Source: Sedimentisphaerales bacterium
Lineage (GTDB): Bacteria > Planctomycetota > Phycisphaerae > Sedimentisphaerales > Anaerobacaceae
DNA: 64,000 bases
NCBI GenBank assembly: GCA_040772485.1
Contig: JAXGYC010000007.1
Location: 96,001 to 160,000 of the forward strand
Reading direction: 5' to 3'
Numbering within the stretch: position 1 is the stretch's first letter; every line of letters starts with the position of its first letter. Shown here piece after piece: positions 1 through 9,589 of this stretch. Below the pieces are notes generated by a model, which saw only the letters and a program-made list of their open reading frames with translations, ran no database searches and had not been told where the DNA came from. The translations under genes were made by a program, and so were the position numbers.

Positions 1-2025
1 GAGCGAACGGATGCCGCGCAGAGGAAGGAGCCTCCCGCGTGGCCGCGCGGGAGGCGGCTGATGCGCGATCGCCTCGACGTTCGATTCCTTCACTCGCACG
101 CGGAAGATGCGGATGTCGCCGCCACGGATCGTGGTATCCGTATTGCGGCCCAGCGATGCGCCGGCCACACTCTCCGGCAGATGACCGGCTGCTCCCACCT
201 CCGACTCGTCCAGAAACAATTCCTCCAGGGACTGAATCGGCCCGCAAAGCGACGTGATCTTGAATGGCAGCGTTGCCCACGTGTTGTTGGCGATGCCCAG
301 CGTGTAGGCACCCGGCCCCTGGCGACAGATAATGACGCTCAGACCGGGATTGCCCACGTCGAAGAGGGCCTGCTGCCGAAGAATCGCATCCAGCATCCGG
401 CGGGCCTCGGGCCGCAACTGATAAGGACGCGACAACGGACGGTCCACCTCGCTGCGCAGTGGTTGCGCGGGATCGGCGTCCATCCCGAACTCGGTGGCCA
501 GGACCGTAACCGTGCCCTTGCCAAATTGCGTGACACCCCGCGCAGCATTTGCCGTCTGGCCGGCGATGCCGCCCGGCAGCCGGGCCAGGTTGCCCGTCGT
601 AATCACGAGATGCCCGCCGCTTTCGACGTAGTCCTGGAACTTGTCCCGGATTTCCTGCCCTCCCGCCAGTTCGCCGGCAACCACGACGACGGCATAGCGG
701 CGCAGCAGCCAGAGCGGCGCATCGCTCAAGAGACAGTCCGCGATGTCGCCATAGGGCGTCGGCGTGATGAAGCCGGTCTCATCGTGGAAGTAAGACGAAT
801 CGGCATACCCGGGGTAAAGCAGATCAAGGACCGCGTCCGTCAGGTGGTCCCCCGGACCATAGGGGAGATTGCCCCACACGCGGAAGATGTCACCCGAATA
901 CAGGTGACGGGGGAAGGACCAGCCGGCGTGGAAGTCCAGCAGCAAGGCCACCGGTGTGTACATGACGCCGGGCTGACCGTTCTGCCTGACCCAGCGCTGG
1001 CCGGCCTGCTGGATGCGACCGATCGGCGAGAGCGACTCGCCCTCAAACCACCCGCTCTCGAATCCGACCGCGACGCTGTTGTAGAGGATGTGGCTGTAGA
1101 GCAGGCGCTTCATCAGGCTCAGACTCGTGCCCTTCGTGGGACCGTGGGTGTCTCCACCGCTGCCGCCCGAAGAGCCGTAGGTCTTGTACCCCCAACGATT
1201 GTAGACCGAGGCGTTGCCGAACCAGGGCACGCCGTACTGCTTGCCCGCGCCGCGGATGAAGGCGTAGTAAACCTGATTGTTGGGCAGGGCCTGGGCCGTC
1301 TCGGCGCCAATCAGCGTGAACGTGCCCTCCTTGAGCAGATAGTGGCCGAAGTTCAGCGAGACCAACGTGGCGTGACGGTGCCCCAGATCGTCGCCCATCC
1401 GCTCGAAGAAACGCTGGAAGTTGAGGTACTGCTCGAACCGGCTTCCCGAGGCGGGCGTCATCTGATTCGCGTAGCCGCCGATGTACCTGCCGTCCTGCTC
1501 GCCGATGTCCGTTCCCAGCCACCGCTCGCCAAGCGTAGTCTCAAGCATTCTCAGTGCGTCGGCCGAGGGCGTGAACTGCTGCCAGTAGCCGCCCGGCCCG
1601 GACCCCGGCACATAACCCCAGATATCGAACAGGTACAGGTCCCGCTGCTTGATCTCCTCGGCCAGATCGTCCAGATTTTGCGCAAACAGAATCGGGTAGG
1701 ATGGCCAGATGACGTCCCCGAGTTCGTACGTGCGTGTGTACTTCTCGATTTCTTCCCTGTAGCCAACAATCCGGTCGTCCTCGACCGCGAAGCCGCGTAG
1801 ACAGGTGAACTGCGTGCGGTTCCGGAAGGTCTCCCAGGTCGGCGGCTTGACCGCACGCCGGCCGTAGTCGGGGTGCTCGCGCGGATCGAGCAAGTAGCTA
1901 TAAACGTGGTGGGGTGGCTCGGATTGCTCCGCTGCCTGAGACTCCGTGCGAATCGGAAACACGAGCACGAGCAGGCTGCAAACGCCAAGAGGCATCAGCC
2001 GATTGAAATATGATGTGTTTACCAT
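1..2025 (-). CDS. Secreted hypothetical protein, possibly carbohydrate-active; runs off the left edge
   Basis: Frame read manually from ATG at 2025 (MVNTSYFNRLMPLGVCSLLVLVFPIRTESQAAEQ..., signal-peptide-like), with GAAGGA RBS upstream. Absent from the ORF track, consistent with having no stop in the window. The + ORF 61..1800 is its antisense shadow. Confidence 0.75.
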   Translation of the reverse strand, partial: MVNTSYFNRLMPLGVCSLLVLVFPIRTESQAAEQSEPPHHVYSYLLDPREHPDYGRRAVKPPTWETFRNRTQFTCLRGFAVEDDRIVGYREEIEKYTRTYELGDVIWPSYPILFAQNLDDLAEEIKQRDLYLFDIWGYVPGSGPGGYWQQFTPSADALRMLETTLGERWLGTDIGEQDGRYIGGYANQMTPASGSRFEQYLNFQRFFERMGDDLGHRHATLVSLNFGHYLLKEGTFTLIGAETAQALPNNQVYYAFIRGAGKQYGVPWFGNASVYNRWGYKTYGSSGGSGGDTHGPTKGTSLSLMKRLLYSHILYNSVAVGFESGWFEGESLSPIGRIQQAGQRWVRQNGQPGVMYTPVALLLDFHAGWSFPRHLYSGDIFRVWGNLPYGPGDHLTDAVLDLLYPGYADSSYFHDETGFITPTPYGDIADCLLSDAPLWLLRRYAVVVVAGELAGGQEIRDKFQDYVESGGHLVITTGNLARLPGGIAGQTANAARGVTQFGKGTVTVLATEFGMDADPAQPLRSEVDRPLSRPYQLRPEARRMLDAILRQQALFDVGNPGLSVIICRQGPGAYTLGIANNTWATLPFKITSLCGPIQSLEELFLDESEVGAAGHLPESVAGASLGRNTDTTIRGGDIRIFRVRVKESNVEAIAHQPPPARPRGRLLPLRGIRSL

Positions 2026-2076
2026 GGCGATCCTTCCCTTCTGATCGAAGCAGGGGCGAATGGTCTTTCGCCGCTA

Positions 2077-4455
2077 TCAGCGATCCTGCACGGCAAGTGT
2101 CTCTGCCTTGCCCATCGTCCGGAATTCGAGTTTCACCTCCGGCTGGTCCGCCGTCTGGAAGCGACATCCGAAGCGTATTGAATGTCGCCCCGGCCCAGCC
2201 TTCAGCGCGGAGGCATCCAGCGAGATCTTCTCGATCTCATTCCAGCTCTTGTCATAGACAACGCCCTGTCCCCCGCAGGCGTACTTCAATATGCTCCCGG
2301 CCGCAAGGGTCGCCGGAACAGAGATCTCACCGGCATTGTCGATCTCCAGGGTCACGTCGCCGACCGATGCGCCGCCCGACACCTGGAGGATGAATTGCAG
2401 CGGCTGTGCCTCATGCGGATTGCTCAACTCCCATGTGGCCTCGCTTGGCTGGCCGGGCTGCACCTGCTGTGCCAGCGTGTGCTTGGAGGAGTAGACCGGA
2501 TACAGGTTCCATGAATCGCTGCCCGACGCCTCAAGGTGGAACTCCTGACCGATATCCTGCAAACGCCGCCTCTGAGACTCAGAGAAGGCGCCGCTCATCC
2601 GCGCGGTCTCCCACGCGTTGATCGCCTGCAAGATCGTCTCGGTCAGCCCGTTCTCCCGGACGACCCCCAGGCTGGTGTTCAGAGTAAAGCCAGCGTCAAA
2701 ACCGGCCGCCCGGGCCAGAAGCCACTCGATGTCTTCCAGACTGGTCTGTCCCGTCATATTGAACCAGCCGAGCATGCACGGCATGAGGTTGCGGCGGAAG
2801 TAGTCCTGGTTCTTCAGACGGTATTCGGTCTGGCTCTCTCGAAAGCCGGCGTACCAGGGTTCGCCCCAGTTCATTCGCGTGTAGATGTGCCAGAAGTAAT
2901 GTCCCGGATTGCTCGCGTCCGTGATGACTCTGCCGCGAAGGTCGTCGCGAAGATGGTCGTACCAGGTTGCGACAAAGAGCGTCCGGCCATATTGCCCCAT
3001 GCCGGTCGACCAATTGCCCTCCAGGCCATCGAAGGAGATCTGCATCAATCCGGTCTGATTGAACAGATCGGCGATTCCGCGGGCCACCTCCTGCGACAGT
3101 TCGACATCGGTCAGAAAGACCTTGTAGGCATGGTCCATCAGTTTCGCAACCGCAGCGCCCTTCGAGTGTGCCGCGGCCTGCGTCTGATAGACGCCACGGC
3201 GGCAACCGAGCAGACGCCAAGGCGCCTGTTCGGAAACCGAGCCGTAACGGATCAGCTCCCGGCCGATCTGCACCGTCTTGAGGGTGTTGTTCTCCATCTG
3301 GCTGAACCATCTCGGGTCGGCGATCCGGATCTCCGTCTGGACGTCATCGATATCGTCCGTCAGGACGCTGCTGCCGACCTTCGCCAGACGGTCGTCGGGC
3401 ACCGGCGTGACGTACGGATCGTTGGTGGTGATGAAATTGGATAGCGTGTGTACGCCCAGATGGACGCCTTCGGCTTTGGCCTTCTCCACACAATCCTTCA
3501 TGCCGACCCAGCCGTGAGGGAATTGATTCGGATAGAGCTGAAAATGCCCCCAAGTGGCAAACGGTCCTCCGTGATACAGGTACTTCAGGCCGGCCCGCCT
3601 GGTGATCGCGATCGCCTGGTCGATCGTGTCCTCGCCGAAACCCACGATCAGATAGGACGCCGTCGCCGCGGGAGCGACTTTTCCCCACAGGCCGTCGATC
3701 ATGGGATGGGGCAGCCCTTCGGCGATCTCGATTGCGCCGATGGTCTCCAGCGCCTCGTCGGCGGGACAGCCGAACAGAGCGATCCTGCTTCCGACTACAC
3801 CGCCGTCGTCATAGCCGGGAACGAAGTAGTGCTCATGGCCCCAGTTGGAGATAACCCGGTCCTGGCTACGGTCGCGCGTGAAGGCCTGGAGCACACTGCC
3901 GAACTCCGTCGCCTGTGCCGTGTCGCCGCGTCCGGCCATCACGTCGTTCTCGGCCGTCGGATAGCCTCCGAGCGTCTTGAGATTCAGCGTCTGGATGCCC
4001 AGGGCAAAACTACCGTTGCGCACCACCCCCACCGTCTCCCCGATGGTCTCTCCGATTCGCGTGGGGTAGGGTCCCCAGACGACCAGCTCGACTCGTTCCC
4101 TGGAATCGATGGACACAACCTCGAAAGTGACATGGGTCGTCTTCGTCGCAGTCTTCACCACCGCCGTGAGACCCTGCGAGTAGTGCAGGGTCAGCGTGCC
4201 CTGGCCCTTGTCACAGTGCATGGTTTCCGGAACCTGAAACCGCCCGGCAACGCGAATGCTCAGCAGCGGCGTTGGTTGTTGCGCAGCCCCGTAGTCCACA
4301 CCGCTGCGGCGGTCGAGCAGGCTTCGGACAGTTCCTGTGTCATCGATCCGAATCGACAGACTCGCCGTTTCGAACAGAACCTCAGCACCGGCAGGCACAG
4401 CCAGGGCAAGCAACGACAGCAGACCGGCGAAGATTCGCTTTCGTTCAACCGACAT
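2077..4455 (-). CDS. Secreted protein with possible glycoside-hydrolase-like central domain
   Basis: Long ORF. GGAGG RBS before MSVERKRIFAGLLSLLALAVPAGAE signal peptide. Aromatic/acidic motifs (ISFDGLEG). Family not recognised with certainty. Confidence 0.7.
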   Translation of the reverse strand: MSVERKRIFAGLLSLLALAVPAGAEVLFETASLSIRIDDTGTVRSLLDRRSGVDYGAAQQPTPLLSIRVAGRFQVPETMHCDKGQGTLTLHYSQGLTAVVKTATKTTHVTFEVVSIDSRERVELVVWGPYPTRIGETIGETVGVVRNGSFALGIQTLNLKTLGGYPTAENDVMAGRGDTAQATEFGSVLQAFTRDRSQDRVISNWGHEHYFVPGYDDGGVVGSRIALFGCPADEALETIGAIEIAEGLPHPMIDGLWGKVAPAATASYLIVGFGEDTIDQAIAITRRAGLKYLYHGGPFATWGHFQLYPNQFPHGWVGMKDCVEKAKAEGVHLGVHTLSNFITTNDPYVTPVPDDRLAKVGSSVLTDDIDDVQTEIRIADPRWFSQMENNTLKTVQIGRELIRYGSVSEQAPWRLLGCRRGVYQTQAAAHSKGAAVAKLMDHAYKVFLTDVELSQEVARGIADLFNQTGLMQISFDGLEGNWSTGMGQYGRTLFVATWYDHLRDDLRGRVITDASNPGHYFWHIYTRMNWGEPWYAGFRESQTEYRLKNQDYFRRNLMPCMLGWFNMTGQTSLEDIEWLLARAAGFDAGFTLNTSLGVVRENGLTETILQAINAWETARMSGAFSESQRRRLQDIGQEFHLEASGSDSWNLYPVYSSKHTLAQQVQPGQPSEATWELSNPHEAQPLQFILQVSGGASVGDVTLEIDNAGEISVPATLAAGSILKYACGGQGVVYDKSWNEIEKISLDASALKAGPGRHSIRFGCRFQTADQPEVKLEFRTMGKAETLAVQDR

Positions 4456-4636
4456 CGCATTTCTTCCTCCCAAAGCAGGTTCAGATAACGGCAAGCAGGC
4501 TCGCCTTCGTCATGGTGCTCTCCTCAATCCTTCCCATTGAACCACCCAGCTCCCATCATCCGGGAAGCCAGGGTGTACGTGCGCAGGCGGAATCGCAGGA
4601 CAGCGTACACAAGACTGGAGTCCCTGCCATCCTGCA

Positions 4637-4665
4637 ATTGTAGTATAGGAATGCCGTGGGCTCAA
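4637..4665 (-). promoter_or_regulatory. Putative sigma70 promoter for the two secreted-protein genes
   Basis: Minus strand TTGAGC-N17-TACAAT. Confidence 0.45.
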
Positions 4666-4694
4666 CCACACGGGCGGACGCCACCGTCCGGCGT

Positions 4695-5413
4695 TTAGAC
4701 TCTATCTCTATGCACCACGAGGGTGTACTTGCCCCCTCGACTTCGCTCAACAGCCACCGCCGCAGCCCACGGGCAGTAGTTGTGCAAGGATAGCACCCAT
4801 AGCTGCCCACCGCAGTTCCGGGACAGCCAACATGCAGGCCCTACGCTCCAGGAGAGGACCTGCGCCGTCAGACCCGTTCCGTGAGCTTTTGAAAGCGATT
4901 CCTTACGCGTCCATATCTCCGCAAGAGCCACAGACCGCTGCGGTGAGGGCAGATGCCGGATACAAGTCCTTTCCTCAGGGGTCAGGAACCGCTCCGCAAC
5001 CCTGGGCCACGCGGCAGCCGGCAGTGCAACCTCCAGATCCACCCGACATCACAGCCGGTCGCGACGCCCGGCAATGCCAAGTTTCCGCAGCGAGACACGT
5101 TGAAACGCAGATCGGCGTGACCTGTCCCGGCACAAATGCGGGGCTTACCATAGGAATCTGCAACCACAGGCACATCCCGTGGCGCGAGCCCCAGGCAGGA
5201 ACCAAGTATCGACCGGCACCAGGCTCTGCCCGCGATGAAGCGCCGGCGGTGTTCCGTGAAGACCAGTCGATCGGCTCGGGATCGTTCGGAGGCCGAAAAG
5301 ACGCCGACATCAGGCGGCAACTGATCCAGGTCCCCACTCCAGAGGTGGACTTCCCCCTCGGGCGGCACTTGGGGACGCACCCCGGATGATCGCACCGCGA
5401 TCGTGTAGATCAT
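4695..5413 (-). pseudogene. Sfp-type 4'-phosphopantetheinyl transferase, frameshifted
   Basis: N-part (YGKP, LRFNVSR, DVG) and C-part (VDLE, WTRKESLSKAHGTGL) lie in different frames. One G is missing in GTC-GGG-[G]TG-GAT at ~5043. Confidence 0.8.
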
Positions 5414-5844
5414 GGCGGACCTTCGGCTTCTGCGGCATCAAGGCACAACTGCAACTGCCTGGCCACCTCGGTCACCGCAGGTGGCAAGAGCATATCGAGA
5501 CGATTCCCCGGAATCATCACAGTGCGTGCTTCCCGTGCATGACGAGCCATCCTGAGGTGCAAGTCCTCTCCTGGAAATCGCCTTTCTGTGGCCATGAAGA
5601 GCGTCAGTGCTCCAGGGTAGAAACCGGGCCGATATGCACGTCGTGCAAGAGCATGCATATGGCCAACGAAAGACCGGTACGTCGGCAGCCACCGGGCGCT
5701 GCGGCCAAGACCCACGCTGCGGATGACCGACCATCGCAGGATGCGGAACGCCTCTCGCACCGGAGAAACCATCCATTCCGTCCAGCGAAGCCACCGCCCC
5801 GTGCGCGTCGGGTAGTCCGATTCGAGCAGGGCCACCAAGGCCAC
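5410..5844 (-). pseudogene. C-terminal fragment of an NRPS/PKS-type thioesterase domain
   Basis: VALVALLESDYP...AYRPGFYPGALTLF...IPGNRLDMLLPPAVTEVARQL resembles the second half of a TE domain. The GxSxG motif is absent. Confidence 0.6.
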
Positions 5845-6550
5845 AGGGCACTGATCCCCGGCACGCCGCCGTCCTTGAGAATCACGTGCATCTTTCCCCG
5901 GCGGCCGGCGGCCGCCCTGGCGGGCACGGCAATCAGCCGACGCACTTGGGATTCACTGTAGCTGAACGAGTGTTCCACCATCCGTCCTTCAGAAGTGGCC
6001 CGTTCGCGCCATTGCCCCTGATACACGCCGCCAATGTTATCCCGCACGAAGAGCATATCCGTGTTGTGAATATGCCTGTCTGCAATGCGTCCGACCCGGA
6101 CGAGTTCGGGCCACGGCTGAATCGGAACAAACTTGCAGAACAAATCGAACTGCCGACGGAGATCGTACACGTATCGACCACCACCGGGCCCGCTGACGAT
6201 AGCGCCCTTGTGGCCGAAGATCTCCCGGCAGAAGGCTGCCGCAGGCTCCGGAAACGGCCGTCAGAAGCGTGCCTCCGCATCCTCACCGATAGGTCCCCCC
6301 CACACCGAACATCAAATCGGACGCCGATGATCTGTTCGATCGTCTTCAAGACAGCCAAAGCCGCACTGACGATCTGTGGTCCAACACCTGTCCCCTCGAG
6401 GACACCCACAGGACAAGCGCTTGGACTCTCACGAAAAGAGTCTGCTCCGTTGCTGTTCAGGAAATCCATGAGCCTTCGAGTTGCCCCGCTTCGTCGTGCG
6501 ATACCATCCATCTTCAACCATCTCCTGTTGACCCACGCCATTCCCGTCAT
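5841..6550 (-). pseudogene. Truncated isocitrate/isopropylmalate dehydrogenase family gene
   Basis: GVLEGTGVGPQIV, GPGGGRYVYDLRRQFDLF and DMLFVRDNIGGVY motifs. Frameshift in the G7 run at 6295-6301, in-frame TGA at ~6262, and truncation after ISALW. Confidence 0.75.
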
Positions 6551-6783
6551 CTCTGACTACTGGATCTGCGGCAGGACAATGCATATTCTGCCCTGAATCC
6601 GATGAAGGACAAGGCCATACCGCCAAGGAAGCGGGGCGAACACGAAGTCGTCCAGAAGGGTCAGGGGGCAGGCATCCGCGATCCTGCTGCCACGCATCCT
6701 CAGCCGTCACGGGCCTGAGGTCCTGAAGGCGGTAGGAAGCCGGCGATGCCGCTCTCGGAATGATGTGTCGCTTCTTACGCGGC

Positions 6784-6885
6784 TCACTCCGGCCGCTTGA
6801 CGCCCGTGGCCCTCATTCGTGACACCAGTGTGGCGGCATTCACACCGAGAAGTTCAGCCGCGCCGCCGGTGCTAACCCGATCAGA
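6784..6885 (-). pseudogene. Orphan Fis-type HTH tail of a sigma54 activator
   Basis: VSTGGAAELLGVNAATLVSRMRATGVKRPE* resembles the FhlA/NtrC C-terminal HTH. No AAA+ domain upstream. Confidence 0.6.
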
Positions 6886-6887
6886 TG

Positions 6888-7652
6888 TCAGTAGCCCACC
6901 GCGTACCAGAGCATGCCTATCCATTCGTGAATGGCTGCTGTCGATTCGGCCAGGGATTCGACGGACGGCCGCAGGCCTTTGATGTGCCAGGGATCGGGAT
7001 CGTAATGATGATGGACGGGGACAGGCACGATCGTATCGGCCGGAAACTGCCTTCGAAACGTCCTCGCCGACCGTAGCATATGCGTTGCCGAGGTGACCAC
7101 ACCGATATGCCTGCCGGACCCTTGCGGCAGGACTTCGGCCAGCCCCATTGCGTTCTGCATGGTGTTGCAGGACCGCGTGTCCGTCAAGATTTTGTCCTGC
7201 GGCACACCCATTTGTACCGCCATGGCCTTCATGACTGCGGCCTCTGACTCCTTGCCCTCGCGAAGCTCGCCCCCGCAGAAGGCCAGGAACCGGGCGTGGC
7301 CTTGTTGGAAGATCTGTACGCCATGGCACAGACGCGGATACGAGCGTTCCGCCAGCTCGGCCTGCCTGCGGAAACCGCCGGATGGATACCCGCCGCCTCC
7401 CAGCACGACGATGACATCCAGCGTCGAAAGCTCGGCCTCCGTGGCAATCGGAACCTGTGACTCCAGAGAATAAGTCAGCACGTTGGCGAAAGGCGGGAAG
7501 CTGAAGACCAACAGGATCAGCGTCCCGAGGAGCGTCACGTACCAGCCAACCTTCGCCGCTTTCCCACGTGAGAACCTGACCAACACCAACCCCAAGACCA
7601 GGAGCAATAAGACCCATACCAATGGCATAGCCAGCGACTTTATGAGAAACAT
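6888..7652 (-). CDS. YdcF/ElyC-like DUF218 membrane protein
   Basis: N-terminal TM helices; IVVLGGG, SEAAVM, SCNTMQNA, VTSATHMLRS and HEWIG motifs. Confidence 0.9.
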   Translation of the reverse strand: MFLIKSLAMPLVWVLLLLVLGLVLVRFSRGKAAKVGWYVTLLGTLILLVFSFPPFANVLTYSLESQVPIATEAELSTLDVIVVLGGGGYPSGGFRRQAELAERSYPRLCHGVQIFQQGHARFLAFCGGELREGKESEAAVMKAMAVQMGVPQDKILTDTRSCNTMQNAMGLAEVLPQGSGRHIGVVTSATHMLRSARTFRRQFPADTIVPVPVHHHYDPDPWHIKGLRPSVESLAESTAAIHEWIGMLWYAVGY

Positions 7653-7867
7653 ACTGCGGACTCCTTCCCCGGGTCCAAAGCGGACTCGGCGTAGCGATCA
7701 ACAACACTGGCCTCGCGACGTCGGCATCGTGCGTCTGCGTTGTCATTTCTGATATCCCAGTACAACAATAGTGTATCCAGGAAAGCCAAGGCAGTGCAAG
7801 GCCACAAAGGACACAGACGGCGTGGTGTCTGGCACAGCACAGCAGCGGAAAACGCGAATATTTCTTC

Positions 7868-7967
7868 CAGATACTGTCAGTTTGTGACCGTTTGTGGTAA
7901 ACTCCCCTGCAAAGCATGCCGAGGAGTAGCATATAACCCAGATACTGTCATATCTCGACAATATCTG
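7868..7967. promoter_or_regulatory. Two 11-7-11 inverted repeats, putative AbiEi operators
   Basis: CAGATACTGTC-N7-GACCGTTTGTG (7868-7896) and CAGATACTGTC-N7-GACAATATCTG (7939-7967). TATAAC at 7932-7937 lies just before the second. Confidence 0.65.
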
Positions 7968-7986
7968 CAAGGCGTGAGGTAAACGC

Positions 7987-8625
7987 ATGAACAAGCTATC
8001 TGAACGAGTGTTCGAATCACTGCCCTGGTCCCATTTCAGCACCCAGGATCTGGCGGCCTTGTTTCCAGAGAGCGAGGATCGCCGATATGGCCTTGTCAAG
8101 CGCGCTCTTGCCAGCGGCGAGATCATGCATATCCGCCGCGGATTGTACTGTCTTGCCCCCAAGTACCAGAAGAAACGTGTGAACCTCTATGCGCTGGCAC
8201 AGCACATCTACGGTCCTTCCTATGTCAGTTTGGAATCGGCCCTGAGTTGGCATGGGTGGATTCCGGAGGCCGTTCATGCCATCACCAGTGCATCCTTCAA
8301 GAAGTCAAAGCAGTTCGCGACGGCCCTGGGCCCCTTCAGCTACGATCGTATCCCCCAGCAGGCGTTCTACACCGAAGTCGAGCGTCTTACCGATGCATCG
8401 GGCAGTGCGTTCCTGATGGCCACGCCTTTGAAGGCCTTGACGGACTATGTCTACATTCGAAAAAAGGACTGGATCGGGATCGAGCCGGTGGTCAGCAGCC
8501 TGCGTATCGAGCCCGAGGACATCGAGAAGGTTCCCCCTGGTGCCATCGAAGCGCTGACGGCTAACTACTTCAGCTCGCGTGTGAGGAGGTTTCTGGAAGG
8601 ACTCAGGAAGGATCTGAAACGATGA
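7987..8625 (+). CDS. abiEi: Type IV toxin-antitoxin antitoxin, AbiEi family
   Basis: wHTH-like N-terminus (IRRGLY); YVSLESALSWHGWIPE and ATPLKALTDY motifs; ATGA overlap with the toxin gene. Confidence 0.88.
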   Translation: MNKLSERVFESLPWSHFSTQDLAALFPESEDRRYGLVKRALASGEIMHIRRGLYCLAPKYQKKRVNLYALAQHIYGPSYVSLESALSWHGWIPEAVHAITSASFKKSKQFATALGPFSYDRIPQQAFYTEVERLTDASGSAFLMATPLKALTDYVYIRKKDWIGIEPVVSSLRIEPEDIEKVPPGAIEALTANYFSSRVRRFLEGLRKDLKR

Positions 8626-9473
8626 GCGTCAAGTTGATTCAGGACAGGCTGGATTCATACGACTGCAAGTCGAACGTCGAGGAGGAACATGCGATCCGAG
8701 AGATCACGCAGGAGGTGGTCCTGGCAGCGCTCGGCAGGACGGAGTTCTTCAAGCACGCCCTGTTCCAGGGCGGCACATGTCTGCGTATCTTCTATGGGCT
8801 GAATCGATTCTCGGAGGATATGGATTTCATCCTCAAGCAGACGAACACGGACTTTCCGTTGCAGCCGCACCTCCAGGCGGTTTGTGACGAACTCGAGGCG
8901 TATGGCTATGATGTCGAAATCGTCGATCGCTCCAAGGCAGGGGTTGCCGTGAGAAAAGCTTTTTTGAAAGATGACTCTCTGGGAAAGGTTCTCCAACTGA
9001 AGTATGGGGACCGGTCAGGCCCTGCCCGGAAGATCCGAGTCAAGCTTGAGGTGGACACCAATCCTCCATCGGGCAGCGGGATGGAAATCAGGTATGTGGA
9101 CTTCCCGTTTGTCTCTTCGGTCACCGTGCAGGACAGGCCCAGCCTGTTCGCGGGAAAGCTCCACGCACTGCTGTGCAGGGAGTACGTCAAAGGCAGAGAC
9201 TGGTATGATTTCCTGTGGTACACGAGCCGGAATGTCGGAGTAAATTATGCGTTTCTCTCATCGGCCTTGACCCAACAAGGGCCGTGGTGTCAGAAGAGTA
9301 TCCAGGTTGATTGGCACTGGTGTCTTACGCATCTTGAGGACAAGATCAACTCGGTTGACTGGCCGCAAGCCCGGGAAGACGTTCGAAGATTCGTCAAGGC
9401 AAGCGAATATCCATCGTTGGACCTGTGGAGCAGAGAGCTTTTCCTGTCTCAACTGCACAAGATCCAGGAGTGA
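8622..9473 (+). CDS. abiEii: Nucleotidyltransferase toxin, AbiEii/AbiGii family
   Basis: FQGGTCLRIFYGLNRFSEDMDF, KLHALL and KGRDWYDF motifs. Confidence 0.92.
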   Translation: MSVKLIQDRLDSYDCKSNVEEEHAIREITQEVVLAALGRTEFFKHALFQGGTCLRIFYGLNRFSEDMDFILKQTNTDFPLQPHLQAVCDELEAYGYDVEIVDRSKAGVAVRKAFLKDDSLGKVLQLKYGDRSGPARKIRVKLEVDTNPPSGSGMEIRYVDFPFVSSVTVQDRPSLFAGKLHALLCREYVKGRDWYDFLWYTSRNVGVNYAFLSSALTQQGPWCQKSIQVDWHWCLTHLEDKINSVDWPQAREDVRRFVKASEYPSLDLWSRELFLSQLHKIQE

Positions 9474-9589
9474 TCACCCAGTTCCTCCGGTCCGGAAACT
9501 GGAGGTGGACGCACGGGTAGTGCGCTGCCCAGCGGAGATTCCAGTCCCGGCAGGCTGACGGAGCATCAGTTGGGTGCCATTCTTGCGGA

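Noticed and set aside
61..1800. 579-aa plus-strand ORF and other long plus-strand ORFs (9602..11935, 11996..14425, 43425..45131, 56279..58339)
   Set aside because: Antisense shadows of high-GC minus-strand genes; no recognisable motifs.
5035..5050. Programmed frameshifting in the PPTase gene
   Set aside because: No slippery heptamer. A single-base indel in a G run is better explained by decay or homopolymer sequencing error.
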